NCBI RefSeq assembly: GCF_009914755.1
Contig: NC_060928.1
Source of the DNA: the human T2T-CHM13v2.0 reference genome, Homo sapiens
Reading direction: 5' to 3' (one strand)
Length of the DNA stretch: 64,000 nucleotides
The first letter of the stretch is position 1; every line of letters starts with the position of its first letter. Below, in pieces: positions 34,415 through 50,200 of the stretch. The notes beneath the pieces were generated by a model that saw only the letters and a list, made by a program, of their open reading frames with translations, was not told the origin of the DNA and ran no database searches. A program made the position numbers and the translations under genes.

Positions 34415-34995
34415 GTACCACTGCACTTCAGCCTGGGTGACAGAGTGAAATCCCATGTCTAAACAAATGAACAAACAAAGAAAACAAAACAACAAGATCT
34501 CATCCCAGCAACTAAGGCCCACTATTAAACTGAGAGTTAATCATAAGATTATGTTTTCCTTTTCCACACTTTACCACCACCAAAATAGTGCTTGGGTATA
34601 ATAACAGGGGGTTACAATTTAGAGCTACAAAACATAAACTCTATTTAGATTTCCTAGAAACTTTAATTTGAACTACAAAAAAAAAACTAAAATAACATCA
34701 TACTTTTAAAAAGACATTTCCACTGGTGTTCAGAAAAAATGTAGTAGATAAAAATTGTTTTTAAAAAGACATGTCCCCCTAAGATGAAGAAGGCAATGAT
34801 GTTCCCTTTCACCACTCCAATTCAACATCCTACTGGAAGTTCCAGCTAATGCAATACAGCAAGAAAAGGAAATAAGAGTTATACAAATAGGAAAGGAAGA
34901 AACAAAACTATCTTTGTTCATAGATGACATGACTTCGCTATGAAGAAAGTCCCCCAAAATAAAAAACTTCTGGAACTAAGAAACAATTATAGTAA

Positions 34996-35455
34996 GTGGG
35001 AGCTTAACTTTATGCGTCAACTTGACTGGGCCACAGAGTGCCAAGACATTTGGCCAAAAATTATTCTGAGTGTTTCTGTGAGGCTATTTTTGGATGAGAT
35101 TAACATTTAAATCAGTAAACTGAGTAAAGCAGATTCCCCCCACCAGTGTGGGAGGGCCTCATTCAATCAGTTGAAGATTTGAATAAAACAAAATGACTAA
35201 CCTCCAAGTAAGAGAATTCTTTCACCCAGATGGCCTCTGAACTGGAACATCAGCTTTCTTCTTGCCTTCAGACTCAAACTAAACCACTGGCTCTTCCTGG
35301 GACTCACCCCTGCCACCCTTTGGACTGGAACACCACCATCTCCTAGGTCTCTAGTTTGCCAATTCACTCTGTAGATAATGGGACTTGCCAGCATCCACAA
35401 TCACATGAATCAATCCCTTATAATAAATATCTCTCTCTCTCTCTCTCTCTCTCTG

Positions 35456-35511
<56 letters not shown>

Positions 35512-35543
35512 GTTGGTTCTATTTCTCTGGAGGGCCCTAACAT
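34996..35543 (+). mobile_element. MLT2 LTR containing a (TC)n(CA)n microsatellite (~35430-35506)
   Basis: ttaactttatgcgtcaacttgactgggccac start; dinucleotide runs visible. Confidence 0.8.
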
Positions 35544-36039
35544 TGAAAGGTTGCAAGATACAAGCTTAATATGCAAAAGTCAACTGATTTCCTTTATCAA
35601 TAACAGCATAAATAACTGAAATTTGAAACTAAAAACACAATACTATTTACATTCACACCAAAAAAAAAACTTAGGTATGAATTTAACAAAAATTAGATAG
35701 TATCTATGCAGAAAACAACAAAACTCTAAGAAATTAAAGGAGATATAAATAAGTGGAGAGCTATTCCATGTTGATGCATTAGAAGATTTAAGATAGTTAA
35801 GATGTACATTCTTCTCAAATTCATCTATAGATTCAGTTCGACCTTAATATAAACTGCGGACTTTAGTTAACATATCAGTAATGGTTCATTATCAAATATA
35901 CCACACTAATGTAAGATGTTAAAATAAAGGAAACTGTATGTGGGGTGGGAGGAGAGATATATGAGAACTTTCTGTGCTATTTGCTCAATTTTTATGGAAA
36001 TCTAAAACTGTTATATAAAATCTATTTTTTAAAAAAGGC

Positions 36040-39000
36040 CATTCTATGGCTTCTAGAAAAAATGAAGTAGACATACTTTTCCCTATTCCCTCCACTAAGT
36101 ACAGCTAAGAATTCTGCACCGTATATACAAAACATGAAAAGACTCTGAAAAGTGGAAAGAAAACAGAAGAACCAGGAACCTTGGGATCTGAGGAATGATA
36201 TGACAGTGAGTTTCACAGATTTTCTGTTTTGCCTCATTTATCCTAAACTTGGCACTATAGAAGCAGGTTTCAAATTTCCAGATACTAGACACAGCAACAG
36301 GCCCACATTTTTTAGAAAGTTCCAAAACAGCCTGCTCTTTCTAGCCATAGGATCAGGAAAGTGGCAGAACTGCTCAACTCGAGTCAAACAGCATAGAGAA
36401 AAAACAGCTCTATCCCCATTCCCATCACATAATGTTGAGTCTAGACTTCCACCTTAGCCAGCTGTAACAAGACACTCCTCTTACCCTCCAGGGGTGATGC
36501 TGGGGAAAGCTGAACTGGGATTCATGATTCATGATTTTAAGCCCAGCAGAAAGAGTGCCCTCCTTTTCCTTCATTGTCGGGGGTGGGAGGGGCGAGGGGG
36601 GAGATCAGGTGGAGAAACCTAACTTCCACTCATAACCAGGAAGTAGTGAGACACCTCTCCCCCTTTATGCTGTGGTGACTTTAGTGAAGGCTAAGTGGAC
36701 AGAAAGGACTTTTATCACCCTACAAGCCACATGGAGAATACTAACAAGGCACCCCTGTGCCTCTGGGTAGTTAGTAGTGGAGGCCTAATTGGGAGCCTCA
36801 ATTCTGAAACCCATCTAGCAGCCCTCTTACACCTAAAGGGTAAATGGAGGCTGAGTAGAGAGCCTCCCATCTTGTAGCACGAAGGAAGCAACCCCTTTCC
36901 CTGACTGCACAATGTCAGATATGTAAGAAGAGGTGTCAGAGTACTGCTAAACAGATTGAAATAAAATCCAAATGTAATAACAAAATATCCAAAATGTTCA
37001 GATTCAAATGAAAATCACTCCTCATACCAAGAAACAGAAAAGTCTAAAATTGAATGAGAAAAGATAATCAACAGACACCAATGTCAGGAAGATACAGATT
37101 ATAGAATCTAACAAATATTTTAAAATAATCATCATAAAAATGTTCCAAGGAACAATTACAAATTGAATTGAAACAAAAAATAGAAAGTTTCACAAGTGAA
37201 AAATGCAGTGTCCCAACCAAAAGACACCAATGTCAGGATGATATAGATTATAGAATCTAACAAATATTTTAAAGTAACCATCATAAAAATGTTATGAGGA
37301 ACAATTACAAAATGAATTGAAACAAAAATTAGAAAGGTTCAGCAACTGAAAAATACAATGTCCCAATCAATTAATGGACTCAACAGCAGAATGGAAGGAA
37401 CAGAGGAAGAAAATAGTGAACCTGAATACAGATCAATAGAAATTACTCAATATGCCGGGCACAGTGGCTCATGCCTGTAATCCCAGCACTTTGGGAGGCC
37501 GAGGCAGGCGGATCACAAGGTCAAGAGATTGAGACCATCCTGCCAACATGGGGAAACCCCGTCTCTATTAAAAATACAAAAATTAGCTGGGCGTGGTGGC
37601 ACGTGCCTGTAGTCCCACCTACTCCCAGCTACTTGGGAGGCTGAGGCAGAGAATCGCCTGAACCTAGGAGGCAGAGGTTGAAGTGAGCCGAGACCCTGCC
37701 GAGGCAGAGGTTGAAGTGACCTGAGATCCTGCCACTGTGCTCCAGCCTGGCAACAGAGCAAGACTCCATCCATCTCAAAAAAAAAAAAAAAAGAAATTAC
37801 TCAATATGAACAACAGATGGAAAACAGACTGAAAATAAATACAGCATCTCAGTAATCTGTGGGAATTTAACAACAAAAAAATCTAACATTTGTGTCATCA
37901 GATCCTAGAGGGAGAAAAGAAAGAGAGTGGGCTTGAAAAGTATTTGATGAAATAATGGCTAAAATATTCCCAAACTTAGCAAGATACATAAACCTACAAA
38001 CTCAAGAAGCTGAACAAACACCAAACAGGATAAACCCAAAAAGTTCACATCGAGACAATTATAAAAAAACTTCTGAAAACCAAAGATAAATTAAAAATCT
38101 TGAGAGGCACAAGAGAGAAATGTCTCAAGTCCAGGGGAAATATTCAAACGGCAGTGCATTTCTCATCAGGAATGATGGAGGCCAGAATGAAGTGTCCCAG
38201 CGTTTCTAAATAAGTGATAGAAAAGAACTGTTAACTTAGAATTCTATATCTAGTGCAATATCTTTCAAAAATGAAGGGAAATAAAGACATTCTCAGATGA
38301 AAAAAAAAAATTGTCACCAGCAGACCTATCAATAAAAGAATGGCTAATAAAATTCTTGAAATAAAAAAAAACTCTTGAAACATCAAGAAGAACAAGGAAC
38401 TACAAAGTGAGTAAGTATATGGGTAAATACAACAGATTTTCTTTTTCCACTTGCCTTTTATAAACTATGATTTACAGCAAAAATTCTAATACTGGTATGG
38501 TTCTCAATTTATATAGAAGAAATATTTAAAAATCAGTTATATTATACATAAAGGCAGGCAAAGGGATGTAGATGATGCTAAGATTTCTATACGCAAATAT
38601 GTAAAGTGGTAACTCGTGTATGTATGTATAATAAATACTTTATTCTAGGTATTAAAATACTATATAAGCAGATAAACTAAAAAAGCTACAGATAAATTAA
38701 TTCTACAAAATGTTAAGCAAGCCACTAGAAGGGTGAAAAAAGACGAAACAACAGGGAACAAACTGAAAAATTAAAATAGCAGACAATAGCCCTTCCATAT
38801 GAATAAATGCATTAGAAGTGAGCAGTCTAAATTTCCCAATTAAATGACAAAGATTTGGTGAGGTGTATTAAAACAAAACAAAAACAACCAACTGGGCACA
38901 GTGTCTCATGCTTATAATTCCCGGACTTTGAAAGGCTGAGGTAAGCAGATCACTTGAGGCCGGGAGTTCAAAACAAGCCTGGGTAACAAAGCAAGATCCT

Positions 39001-42000
39001 ATCTCTATTATAATTAAAAACAATTTATTTTAAAAAACCACCCAGATCCAACAATATACTGTCTATAAGAAATTACCTTCAAATATACCAATGTGGGTAA
39101 ATTGAAAGACAAAGAATGGGAAAAGATATCATTCATATATTAATTAAAAGAAAGAAAGGGTGGTTATATTAGTATGAGATAAAGCAGACTTCAAAGAAAA
39201 TTACCAGCAACAAAGAGGGACATTATATAATGTAAACATTATATGATAGAAACTTAAAAAATTTATCTAAATCCTGCTCCTTCTGCAAGAAACTCTTGAT
39301 ACACTAGTAATAGTGGGAAACTTCCTCACCTTGATAAAGAATAATAATAAATAATAAAAAAGGATAAATAAATTAAAAAGGAGCCAAGAAGACAGGGCAA
39401 TCCCAAGCACGTATGTACCAAACAAATGAACTGTAAAATACATGAAGCAAGCAATGATAGAACTGAAAGGAGAAATAGACAAATCCACAATTGTTGGAGA
39501 CTTCACACTCCTCAATCTCAATAACTGATAGAACAACTAGGAAAAAAATCAGCAAGTATATACATGAACTCAACAACACCATTAACAAACAGGATCTACA
39601 TGACATTTTTAGCAAATTCCACACAATAAAAGCAGAATACACATTTTCTTCAAGTACCCACAAACATATACAAAAATAGGCAGTATCTTGGGTCATAAAA
39701 CAAACCTCAGCACATTTAAAATAATTACTATCATACACTGTATTCTCTGAATACAGTAGGATCAAACTAGAAAACAGTAATAAAACATAACAGAAAAACT
39801 TTTTTTTAAATCTTGGAAACTAAACAATGCACTACTATAGAATCCTTGGTTGAAGAAATCTCAAGGGAAGTAAAAGATATATACATTGACCTGAATGAAA
39901 ATGAAAATACAACATAAAAATTTGAGACACATATAAAGCAGTGCTGAGAGGGAAATTTATAGTACTAAATGCATACATTAAAAAAGAGTAAGAGTCTCAA
40001 GTCAATAGTCTAAGCTGCTATCTCAATAACTTAGAAAAAGAAGACCAAAATAAACTCAAAAATAGCAGAAAATGGAAGAAACAAGAGCAGAAATCAATGA
40101 AATTGAAAACAAAAGAGAGGAGAAAATCACTGAACAATAATAAGCTGGGTCTTTAAAAAGATCAATAATATTGACAAACCTCTAGCAAAACTGGCAAGGA
40201 TGAGAGAAGGCACCAATTACCAACACCAAGAACAAAACAGAGAATATCACTATAGACTCTGCAGAAAACAAAACAAACAACAACAAAAAAAACAAGAAAA
40301 TATTACAAACATATCTATACACATAAGAAAAACCACATGATCATATCCACAGATGCAAAAAAAGCATTCAACAAGATTCAACACTCACTTGTTATTTAAA
40401 AAATTAGTCCTCAACTTGACAAAGAACATCTAAAAAAAACCTATGGCTAACATCAGGTGAAGACTAGATGTTTTCCCCCTATAATTAGGAAAAAGGGTAA
40501 GGACGTCTATTTTCACCACTGTTATTCAACATAAAACTGGAAGTTCTAATAGTGAAAAGCATTCAGATAGGACAGAAAGAAAATCGGCTTTATTTGCAGA
40601 TGACATGGTGGTCTAAGTAGAAAATCTTTAAAAACAAATCTTTGAAAAACAAAAAACTTCTAGAACTTGTAGTGACTCTAGCAAGTTTTCAGGATGCAAA
40701 AACTGACATACAAAACTCAACTGAGAGCCTGGAGAGGTGGCATACATATGTAGCTCTAGCTACTCAGGACACAGGATACCACAAGTTCAAGGCTATTGTG
40801 CACTATAGTCACACCTGTGACTAGCCACTGCACTCTAGCCTGGGCGATATAGCAAGACCCCATCTCAAAAAAATTGTATTTATATACTCTAGCAATTAAC
40901 CTGTGTAAGCTAAAAATTGTATTAAAAATACAATATCAAAGAAGTCAAACAAAAGAGGCTGTATAATCCAATGTTATGACATTCCAGAAAAGGCACAACC
41001 TTGGAGACTAAAAAGATCAGAGGTGAGGGAGATGGGAGGTATAAATAAGAGGAGCATAGAGAATTTTAAGGCAGTGAAACTTTTCTCTACAATACTATAA
41101 TAATGGATACATGTTATTATACATTTATCAAAACCCACAGAATACCCAACACCAACTGAAAACCCTAATGTAAACTGTAAACTGTGGGTAATAATGATGT
41201 GTCAATGTAGGTTCATCAACTGTAACAGATGTGCCACTGTGGTTCATGGTGTTGACAGCAGGAGAGGTGCATGTGCAGGGGCAAGCAGTGTACAGGAGCT
41301 CTCAGTACTCTCTGCTCCATTTTGCTGTGAACATAAACCTGCTTTAATAAATAAAGCCTATTTTTAAAATATGCAAGACATTCTGTGTGTTCCACAAAAT
41401 CTAAGATATTTATTTACCTTCTAGCCCTTTACGGGAAAACGTTGCCTACCCTGACCTTGTTACAAAGTTTCTGATTTCCTTTAATAAAGCTGTTTCCAGA
41501 CTACTACTTTTATTCCTTCTCTGAAGCTTCAATTTACAATCTCAGAACTTCCTGAAGCTATTGTAATTTAATCTAGTGCATATCATGAAAGTTACATGTA
41601 AAAATCAGTAGAATATATTCCGGTATCAGAGAGATAAGATACTTTTTAATGTAAAATCTTAAAAGACTAGGAAAGGCAAAATGCTGAAGAAATAAATCAC
41701 AGAACACATACTATAGAAAAATTACCATTTATAATTCCTCAAAAAATATATCTAAATCTAACAATACATGTACATGACTTTTATACTGAAAATACACAAT
41801 ACTAATGAAAGAAATCAAAGATCTAAATAGATGGAGAAACATACCATCATATCAAGTTCATGGATTAGAAGACTTAAAGATAGCAAAAATGTCAATTTTT
41901 CCCCAAAATGATACACAAATTTAACATAACTCATCAAAATCACAGAAGGATTCTTTGTACATAATGACAAAATTATCCAAATTTACATGAAAAGGCAAAG

Positions 42001-42125
42001 GAATCAGAATACCTAAAACAATTCTGAGAAAAAACAAAATGGGTGGACCACTATACCCAATTTCAAGTCATACATAATCAAGACAGTGTTGTATTGGCAG
42101 AGAGGTAGACACATAGATCAACAGA
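36040..42125 (+). mobile_element. Old L1M fragments (5' UTR, ORF1, ORF2) with Alu 37453-37792, FLAM ~38890-39010 and an AluJ fragment ~40725-40872
   Basis: Degenerate L1 endonuclease/ORF2-like peptide (ORF 39491-39679); Alu TSD agaaattactcaatatg. Confidence 0.75.
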
Positions 42126-43191
42126 GAATCTGAGCACAGACTGCCTGGAATCTAGCTAGCTGCTGCTAATGAAACACTGCGGGTATGATACCCACCTTGC
42201 CAAGTGCAAAGGAGCTGGGTAGGTTTACTACCACCTGCTACTCCCCATTCCCTATGTGAACTCTTTTGTGCAACAGAAGCAGCTGTACTCCTACCTGTAA
42301 CATCACCCCGGCAGCCAGAAAAGTGCCCGCTGACCGCTACTGGGACCACTGCTTGCCCTACACACAGAAAGTCAGAGTGCACACTTACCTGACCCAGCCT
42401 CCACTTGGCTTTGCGCCTCTACCTGCCCTGGTAGCTTAACACAAACAATAGAAACTTTTGGGAGCACTATAGCACTGCCCATTGCCTGAGACACCAGAGT
42501 ACCTTCCCTGGGTAACATAAAGCAAGCACAAATCTCACCAGTACCACTGCAGCTGGCACTCTTTGGCAAGCACCACCTCCTAGCTGGAGGCCAACCAACA
42601 CAGTCCATTACAGCACGTCTAGGTAGAATAACACAGTGCCAAGGAAGGGAGAAACCTGTGTGTGACTTCAGCTATCACCATTGCCTGTACCATCCTGGCT
42701 AAGCAGGAGGTCCTGAGTCTGTCCATGTGACCAGTTCGTAACTACTGCAACTGGCCTCTGAGAAAGCAAACACACTAAGGCTATTTATAACCAAGGAGTC
42801 TCAGAGCCTATGTCACTCCCCTGCCACCCCCACCACAGCTGGCCCTGGGAGCCACTGCTGGAAAATTTGAGGACAGCTCATATCACTGGATTCCTTGCAG
42901 ACATTCCCCTGCACCAGCCTGGAGTGTGGCAGCCCCACTGGGTGGCTAGCCCCAGCAGAGCATTCACAGTAGTCTGGCTCTCAGGGACTCCCACTACTGA
43001 AGGAAGGGGGAGTATACCGTATCAAGGGAGCATCCCGTATGACAAAAGAATCCAGATGGCAGGCCTTGAGTTCCAGAACCTTCATTTGTGGGAAGCACAC
43101 GTGTGGTGCTGGGCTTAGCGTAGAAAGTCTGTAGCTCTACTTTGTCAGGCAGCCCTCATGCTCATGAAGGGTCTTAAAGAAAGAGACTTCT

Positions 43192-43476
<285 letters not shown>

Positions 43477-45101
43477 TTAATCTACCACTGCAGACAGAGC
43501 TGGGGCTTCTCCCATGGGAGCTTCATGTGGGTGCACCTTTAGACAGCCTTTCTGGAACACGTCAGGGTGACTGCATCCCCACAGGAAGAGTGCCCTCCAG
43601 GTTCAGGCTTGCATGTGGGGTACAGTCACACTCTCTCTCTACTTGGAACACCAACGTTCCTGCAGATGAAGAGGTACCTGTCTGATCTGAATAGCCACAA
43701 CACTGGGTCAGCAGTGTGACTAGGAGGTGGATCGCATTCCTGATGGCCTGGCAGTGGAACTGAGGAAAAGTCAGAGGGCAGAGTATCTACCTACTTCTTT
43801 TCCTTGGGATAGATATGGGCAAGGGTTGAAAAACTGACTATTGGGTGCTCACTACCTGGATGTGCTCGCTACCTAACTGTGCTCCCTACCTGGATGCAAT
43901 ATACTCAAGTAACAAACCTGTACATGTAACCCCGGATCTAAAATAAAATTGAATTTTTAAAAAAATGTTATTTTGCAGCAACGTGAATACAGCTGGAGGC
44001 CATTATTCCAAATGAGGTAACTCAGGAATGGAAAACCAAATACCCTATGTTCTCAGTCATGAGCTAAGTGAGAGGGAGCTAAGCTATGAATATGCAAAGG
44101 CATACAGAGTGGTATAATGGACTTTGGAGACTCAGAAGGGGGAGGATGAAAAGGGAGTGAGGGATAAAAAACTACATACTGGGTACAATGTACACAACTT
44201 GAGTGACAGGTACACTAAAATCTCAGACTTCATCACTATGTAATTCGTCCATGTAACCAAAAACCATTTGTACCCCAAAAGCCACTGAAATAAAATTAAA
44301 AAAAATTTTTAAGCCACATACCAAGGATGGCAGAGTCACCCTATTTCGGCCTTTGACTATACACCTCTGAACTGTTTCAATAGAGTAATAAACTTCTATC
44401 ATATTAAAAAAAATAGACACAGAACTCAGAATAGATCCACACAAATATGCTCAACTGATTTTTGACAAAGGTACAAAAGCAATTCAGTGGAAGAAAGATA
44501 GCCCTTTCAACAATTGCTGCAGGAAAAATCAGCCATCCACAGCCAAAAAATGAATTTTGACCTAACTCTCTCACCTTATGAAAAAACATTTAATTCAAAA
44601 TGGATTACAAAACTGAAATGTAAAATGCAAAGCTATAAACTTACAGAAGGAAACAGAAAAAAAAATTTTGGATCTAGAGATTGAAGAGTTTGCAAGACAC
44701 AGTATGATCTATAAAAGAATAAAAATCAATAAGATAGACTTCATCAAAATTAAAACCTTTGCTCTTCAAAAGGCCTTGTTATGATGAAGACAAGCACAGA
44801 CCAGGAGAAAATATGTGCAAACCGTAAGTCCAACAAATGATTCATATCAAAAATATATTTTTAAAACTTCCAAAATTCAACATTAAAAAATCCAAACAAA
44901 AAATGATCAAAAGAGATGAAAAGGCATTTCACTGAAGAGGACATATGGATAGCAAATAAACATATGAAAAGATGCTTAACATCACTAGTCATTAGAGAAA
45001 TGCAAATTAAGTTCAAGAGACAATATCCTTACTCACTTATTAGAACAGCTAAAAAAAGTAACAATACCAAATGTTTGGTGAGGGGGCAAAGAAACTAGAT
45101 A

Positions 45102-45748
45102 CAGCAGTCCGCCTTGGGGGTTAGGTTCCCAAGACCCCCAGTGAATGCCTGAAACCACAGACAGTACTGAACCCTATATATATCTATAGATACAGATATC
45201 TTTAGATTTTTTTGTTGGCATACATATAATGGTTTAATTTATAAATTAGACAAAGTATGAGTTAACAATGAAACAGAAAAATTATAATGTGCTATAATAA
45301 AAGTTTTGTGAAAATACTTTCTTGTACTGCACTTACCCGTCTTTTTGTGATGACGTGATAAAAGGCCTATGCTGATGGGATGAAGTGAGGTGAATGACAC
45401 AGGCATTGTGACATAGCGTTAGGCTACTATTGTCAGGAGGATAAACTGCTTCAGGTGATCCTGGATCACAGAACCATGGTGGTATCAATGGTTGAAAGTC
45501 AAGAGCAGAAAATATTAATGACTAACGGGCAGGTAGTCTATAGTATAAATATGTTGGACAAAAGGAGGATTCATGTCCCAGGCGGGAGGGCATGGGATTT
45601 CATTATGCTATTTGGAACAGCACACAATTTGAAACTTATGGATTATTTCTGGAATTTTCCATTTAACATTTTTGGACCACGATTAACTGTGGGTTAATTG
45701 CATTCAAGGAAAGTGAAACCACAGATAAGGGGTTTATGAGACCACTGT
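45102..45748. mobile_element. MER44/Tigger7-family DNA transposon inside L1M
   Basis: cagcagtcc... and ...ggaaagtgaaaccacagataagggg...actg termini. Confidence 0.65.
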
Positions 45749-46469
45749 GTCTCATAAATTGATTGTGGGAATGTAAAATGGTACAGCCAATCTGGAAAAC
45801 AGTTTCCTAAAAAATTAAATGTATGCTTCCCATATGGGCATTACTCCGGAGAAACAAGAACTTAAATTTACACAAAAACCTGTAGGAAGTGTTCACTTCA
45901 TCTTTATTTGTGGTACAGTCATCCATACTAGAGAATACCACTTAGCAATAAAAAAGAAATGAGCTATTGATAGGTATAACTGCTTGGATGATCTTAAGGG
46001 CTTTATGCTGAGTGAGAAAAACCAAAGGTCATACACTATATTATTCCATTGCTACAACAATATATAAGTGACAATATTACAGAGATGAAGAACAAATTAG
46101 TGATGATGAAACAGTTCTATGTTGATTGCAGTAGTTACACAAATTCACACATATGATGAAATAGAACTATACACATGCATTGTATCCTTGCCAAATTCCT
46201 GTTTTCTGCATTGTAGTTACATAGATGTAAGTAACCATTGGAAGAAATTAAAGACACATGCATCCATGTGGTAAGTAAATGGACAACAAACTGTGGAATC
46301 CTATCCAACAATAAAAATTAGAAAAATCATTAAAAAAACTCTCATGGGTGATGCCCACGATGGATTAATGGGTATCAAATTTGCCCTCCTCCAACAAACT
46401 TTAAAATAGAAAAAGATAAAAGGTAACTCTATGCAGACATTGGACAAAAGTGAAGGACGGTGATTCTTT

Positions 46470-46816
46470 TGTTTTCTTTTTTTGAGTCAGAGTCTTGCTC
46501 GGCTGCCCAGCCTGGAGTGCAGTTGCGTGATCTTGGCTCACTGCAACCATCATCTCCCAGGTTCAAGCAATTCTCCTGCCTCAGCCTCTGAGTAGCTGGG
46601 ATTACAGGCACCTGCCATCATGCCCGGCTAACGTTTGTATTTTAGTAGAGACGGGGTTTCACCATGTTAGCCAGGCTGGTCTCGAACTCCTGACCTCATG
46701 ATCCACCCGACTTAGCCTCCCAAAGTGTTGGGATTACAGGCGTGAGCCACCACGCCCGGGTAGAAGTCTCTTTCTTTAAGACCCTTCATGAGCATGAGGG
46801 CTGCCTGACAAAGTAG
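46470..46816 (-). mobile_element. AluS plus a 56-bp 5' extension copied from 43137-43192
   Basis: Alu at 46470-46760. 46761-46816 is the exact reverse complement of 43137-43192. TSD g(a/c)aggac(g/t)gtgattcttt at 46452-46469 and 46817-46834. Confidence 0.92.
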
Positions 46817-47408
46817 GCAGGACTGTGATTCTTTAAAGACATGAAATTAACTCCATAGTCACCCAGTTTTATGCCTGGGGGCACTCTCCAAAACTGGACA
46901 CAGAGAGTTAAGCTCAAAAAGAACAGTGGTCTTAATGGGCACAGAAAGATCACAATTTAGGGCTGTTGAGAAAACTGAATTGTGATGCAGGGTACAGAAG
47001 TGGAAACTCCACTGAAAAAGAGCTCCAGAAATCTGCACGAGGTGCCCAAGAACAGAACTTTCTGCAACTTGTATCTGTGACATCTAATGTGGTAGCCACC
47101 AGTACCATGTGCTACTAAGCACTTGAAATGTGGCAAATGCAAGTAAGAAACAATATTTTAAATTAATTTTAAATAGCTACAACTTGTGACTACTGTATCA
47201 GCCATTATAGCCCTAGAAGTTGGCTGAACAGTTGGCTGAACAGTAGGCTGCAAATGTGCAGAGCAAAATTCTGAGACATGACAGAAGCCTATGAGCTGAA
47301 CAGAGTACAGAGGTGGCAAAAATCAGACGTGGCTCTGACCAAGCAGAATGGAGAGCCTTTGCTGAACCATACGGGCTTTCAGTTTAGACAAAGAAAGGCT
47401 ACACTTAA

Positions 47409-47750
<342 letters not shown>

Positions 47751-49069
47751 TATTGCTAAAGCTTTGGAAAAGAACTGTTGGAATCTGTGGCCTCCTTGAG
47801 TGAGGTCTCACCCACCCCTAGGTTGATTGGTAAAAACTACAGTTTTGTCTGGCTGTAGCTAACTGAAAAACTAGCAACTTTGCCGTAAGAGGAGTCTTGA
47901 TTTACAGCAGAGGTATAAACCTACAACTTTGTAAGTCAAAAGTAAAAAAATCACTTAGGAATGGACAAGGAGTATCTGTAGTTGCTAACCTAAGGTTACA
48001 GTCCTAGTTCTTGAAGAGCAACAGAGCAGCCAGACATTTAACAAGGTCCTGGAAACAGAAGGGCAGAAAAGGGTAACATGAGCTCTCCAAACATCTTTGG
48101 CAAACTGAAATGATGCATGCACAGGGGAGACTCAAGAGAGCATGGCAAATGTAAAAACCAAGGGGAATTTGGGAACTGCCTCCTACAATGAATGCATCCC
48201 CCATCCCACACAGAACAACCAACAGTGGGTGGAAGGCTTATAGACTCAAGTGTTTGATCTTAACCTTTGTCCAAATGATTGGCTGACTGCTAAGCTATGC
48301 AGACACAGGAACTACCCCTAGCAAGCAAGAATAAATATTGAAATAAAGAACTTAAAAACTGAGCACAGACAGCAATAACTTCACATCATATATAAGATAG
48401 ATTCCACAATTTGAGTCCAGTCAAAATGCTAAATTTAAAACAATACAAATCCCTTAGATATAAAACAAAATTGAGTTGCTACAATATGCTACCTAAAATG
48501 TCCAGCTGTCAACCAAAAATTATTAGACATGTAAAAACATATGAAAGTGAAATATACTAAAGGAAAAAAAGCATTCAGTGAAAACTAAATCTGTATGGGC
48601 CCAGATACTTGATTAGTCAAGCCTTCAATAAGACTTCATAACAAATATATTCAAAGAAATAAAAGTAAAAAAAAAATTAAAAATGACTCAATAAAAGAGA
48701 AATCACAATAGAAAATTATAAAGTATAAAAAAAGAGCCATCACACTTCATTCTTCCTAAGTCCTACACCAGAGTTGCTTTAAATGTGTGTATTTAATGGT
48801 TAAATAAGACCTGAAAAGGGAGTTGGCCTAAAAATATTTTTACCGTGAAACATCAATTTCTTCAGAGTTAATGAGAATTATATGCTAACCATACCAAAAA
48901 CCTTGATTAGAATTTTTAGCTTAGATGTATTGATTGATATTAAAAAGGGAAAGTTGAGGCCACATACAGAAAGCAATGGCGAAGGACACTGCCTCCAACA
49001 GAAAATATGAACCAAAAAGCATAATGGAAAAACATTTACATGTAATATACTAAATAGATGTCATGCCAA

Positions 49070-49341
49070 CACAGACACACAAGGTGAGAATACCATGTGA
49101 TAATGCAAGTAGATTGAAATGCTACCGGTGCAAGCCAAGGAATGCCAGAAATTGCCAGTAAACCACCAGAAGTTAGGAATAAGGAAGGATTCTCTCCCTT
49201 ACAGGTTTTCAAAGACATCACGGCCTTGACAACACCTTGATTTCAGACTTCTAGCCTCTAGAACTGAGATAATAAATTTCTGTTGCTTTAAGTCACTCAT
49301 TTTGTGGTATTTTGTTACAGCAGTTCTAGGAAATTAATACA
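49070..49341 (+). mobile_element. MLT1 LTR 3' part
   Basis: caagccaaggaatgcc...cagacttctagcctctagaactgagataataaatttctgttg...aattaataca. Confidence 0.8.
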
Positions 49342-49399
49342 AACATGCCTTTTACCACAGTTCTCTCCCATTGGATTATTTAATAATAAATGATTTAAA

Positions 49400-49732
49400 A
49401 TTAGTATTTGGAAAAGATGTGTTTTAATGAGTAGACATATTAATCAGGTCTCTTTTGACACAGAAATGTTCTATATTTCATTTTCATATTCTTGTCAAAT
49501 TATAAAAATAATATCATAAATATGGACATCGCTACAAGCTATTATGTACAGTCACTGAAAAATCAGAAAAAACATGAGTTAGAAATGTTTATCAAATACA
49601 AGTCTACACAAAACTGAATAAAATTTTTATTTTAAAACATCACAAGTAATTACAAAGACAAATATTCCAACTATACAAACTGTTTTTCACATATACATAT
49701 ATACATACATATATTTAAGGTTGGTTGATCTT
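49400..49732 (-). other. CENPC: CENPC proximal 3' UTR with candidate polyadenylation signals
   Basis: Non-repetitive AT-rich sequence after the stop. Minus-strand AATAAA at 49626-49631 and ATTAAA at 49423-49428 and 49379-49384. The exact 3' end is inferred. Confidence 0.7.
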
Positions 49733-49803
49733 TCATCTTTTTATCTGAGTAAAAAGAAGAACACTTTCCTCATTCCGGAGATTTTTGATGTTATAATAGT
49801 TAC
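49733..49803 (-). CDS. CENPC: CENPC last coding exon: (G)NYYNIKNLRNEESVLLFTQIKR-stop
   Basis: AG acceptor at 49804-49805 after a T-rich tract and TGA at 49733-49735. The peptide appears in ORF 49733..49915 and is the known CENP-C terminus. Confidence 0.96.
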
Positions 49804-50200
49804 CTAAAAGTAAAGTGATAAGAAAATAAAAATTATTTACATATGAATCATTCTTTTTGATTAAGTATGTAGTCATCACCTGACAGTTGTAGTATAGGAC
49901 ACAAGATAAAAACAATTCACCTAACCTAAAGTAACTTATTTAATTCCATGAACTACATCAACAGCTAACCATGACACGTGATCCAGATGAGGCTTGAGAG
50001 AACAGAAATATAAATTTCACATCGTTATGAAAATAAATACGGAGATGAATCAGTCGAGAGTGTAAGAAAAGAAAATCTCTTTCTGAAACCAATCTTTATT
50101 AGGTCTACAGAACTGCTGTGGATTCCTCTAACCAGACATACTCATATATAGATGAATATAAAAGGTACAATGTTAAGTAGAATAAAATCTCAAAATTTTA

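Noticed and set aside
49798-49815. AG|GTAAC at the last CENPC acceptor, resembling a recursive splice site
   Set aside because: The GT is dictated by the split Gly codon, the donor match is weak, the intron is short and no downstream exon is evident.
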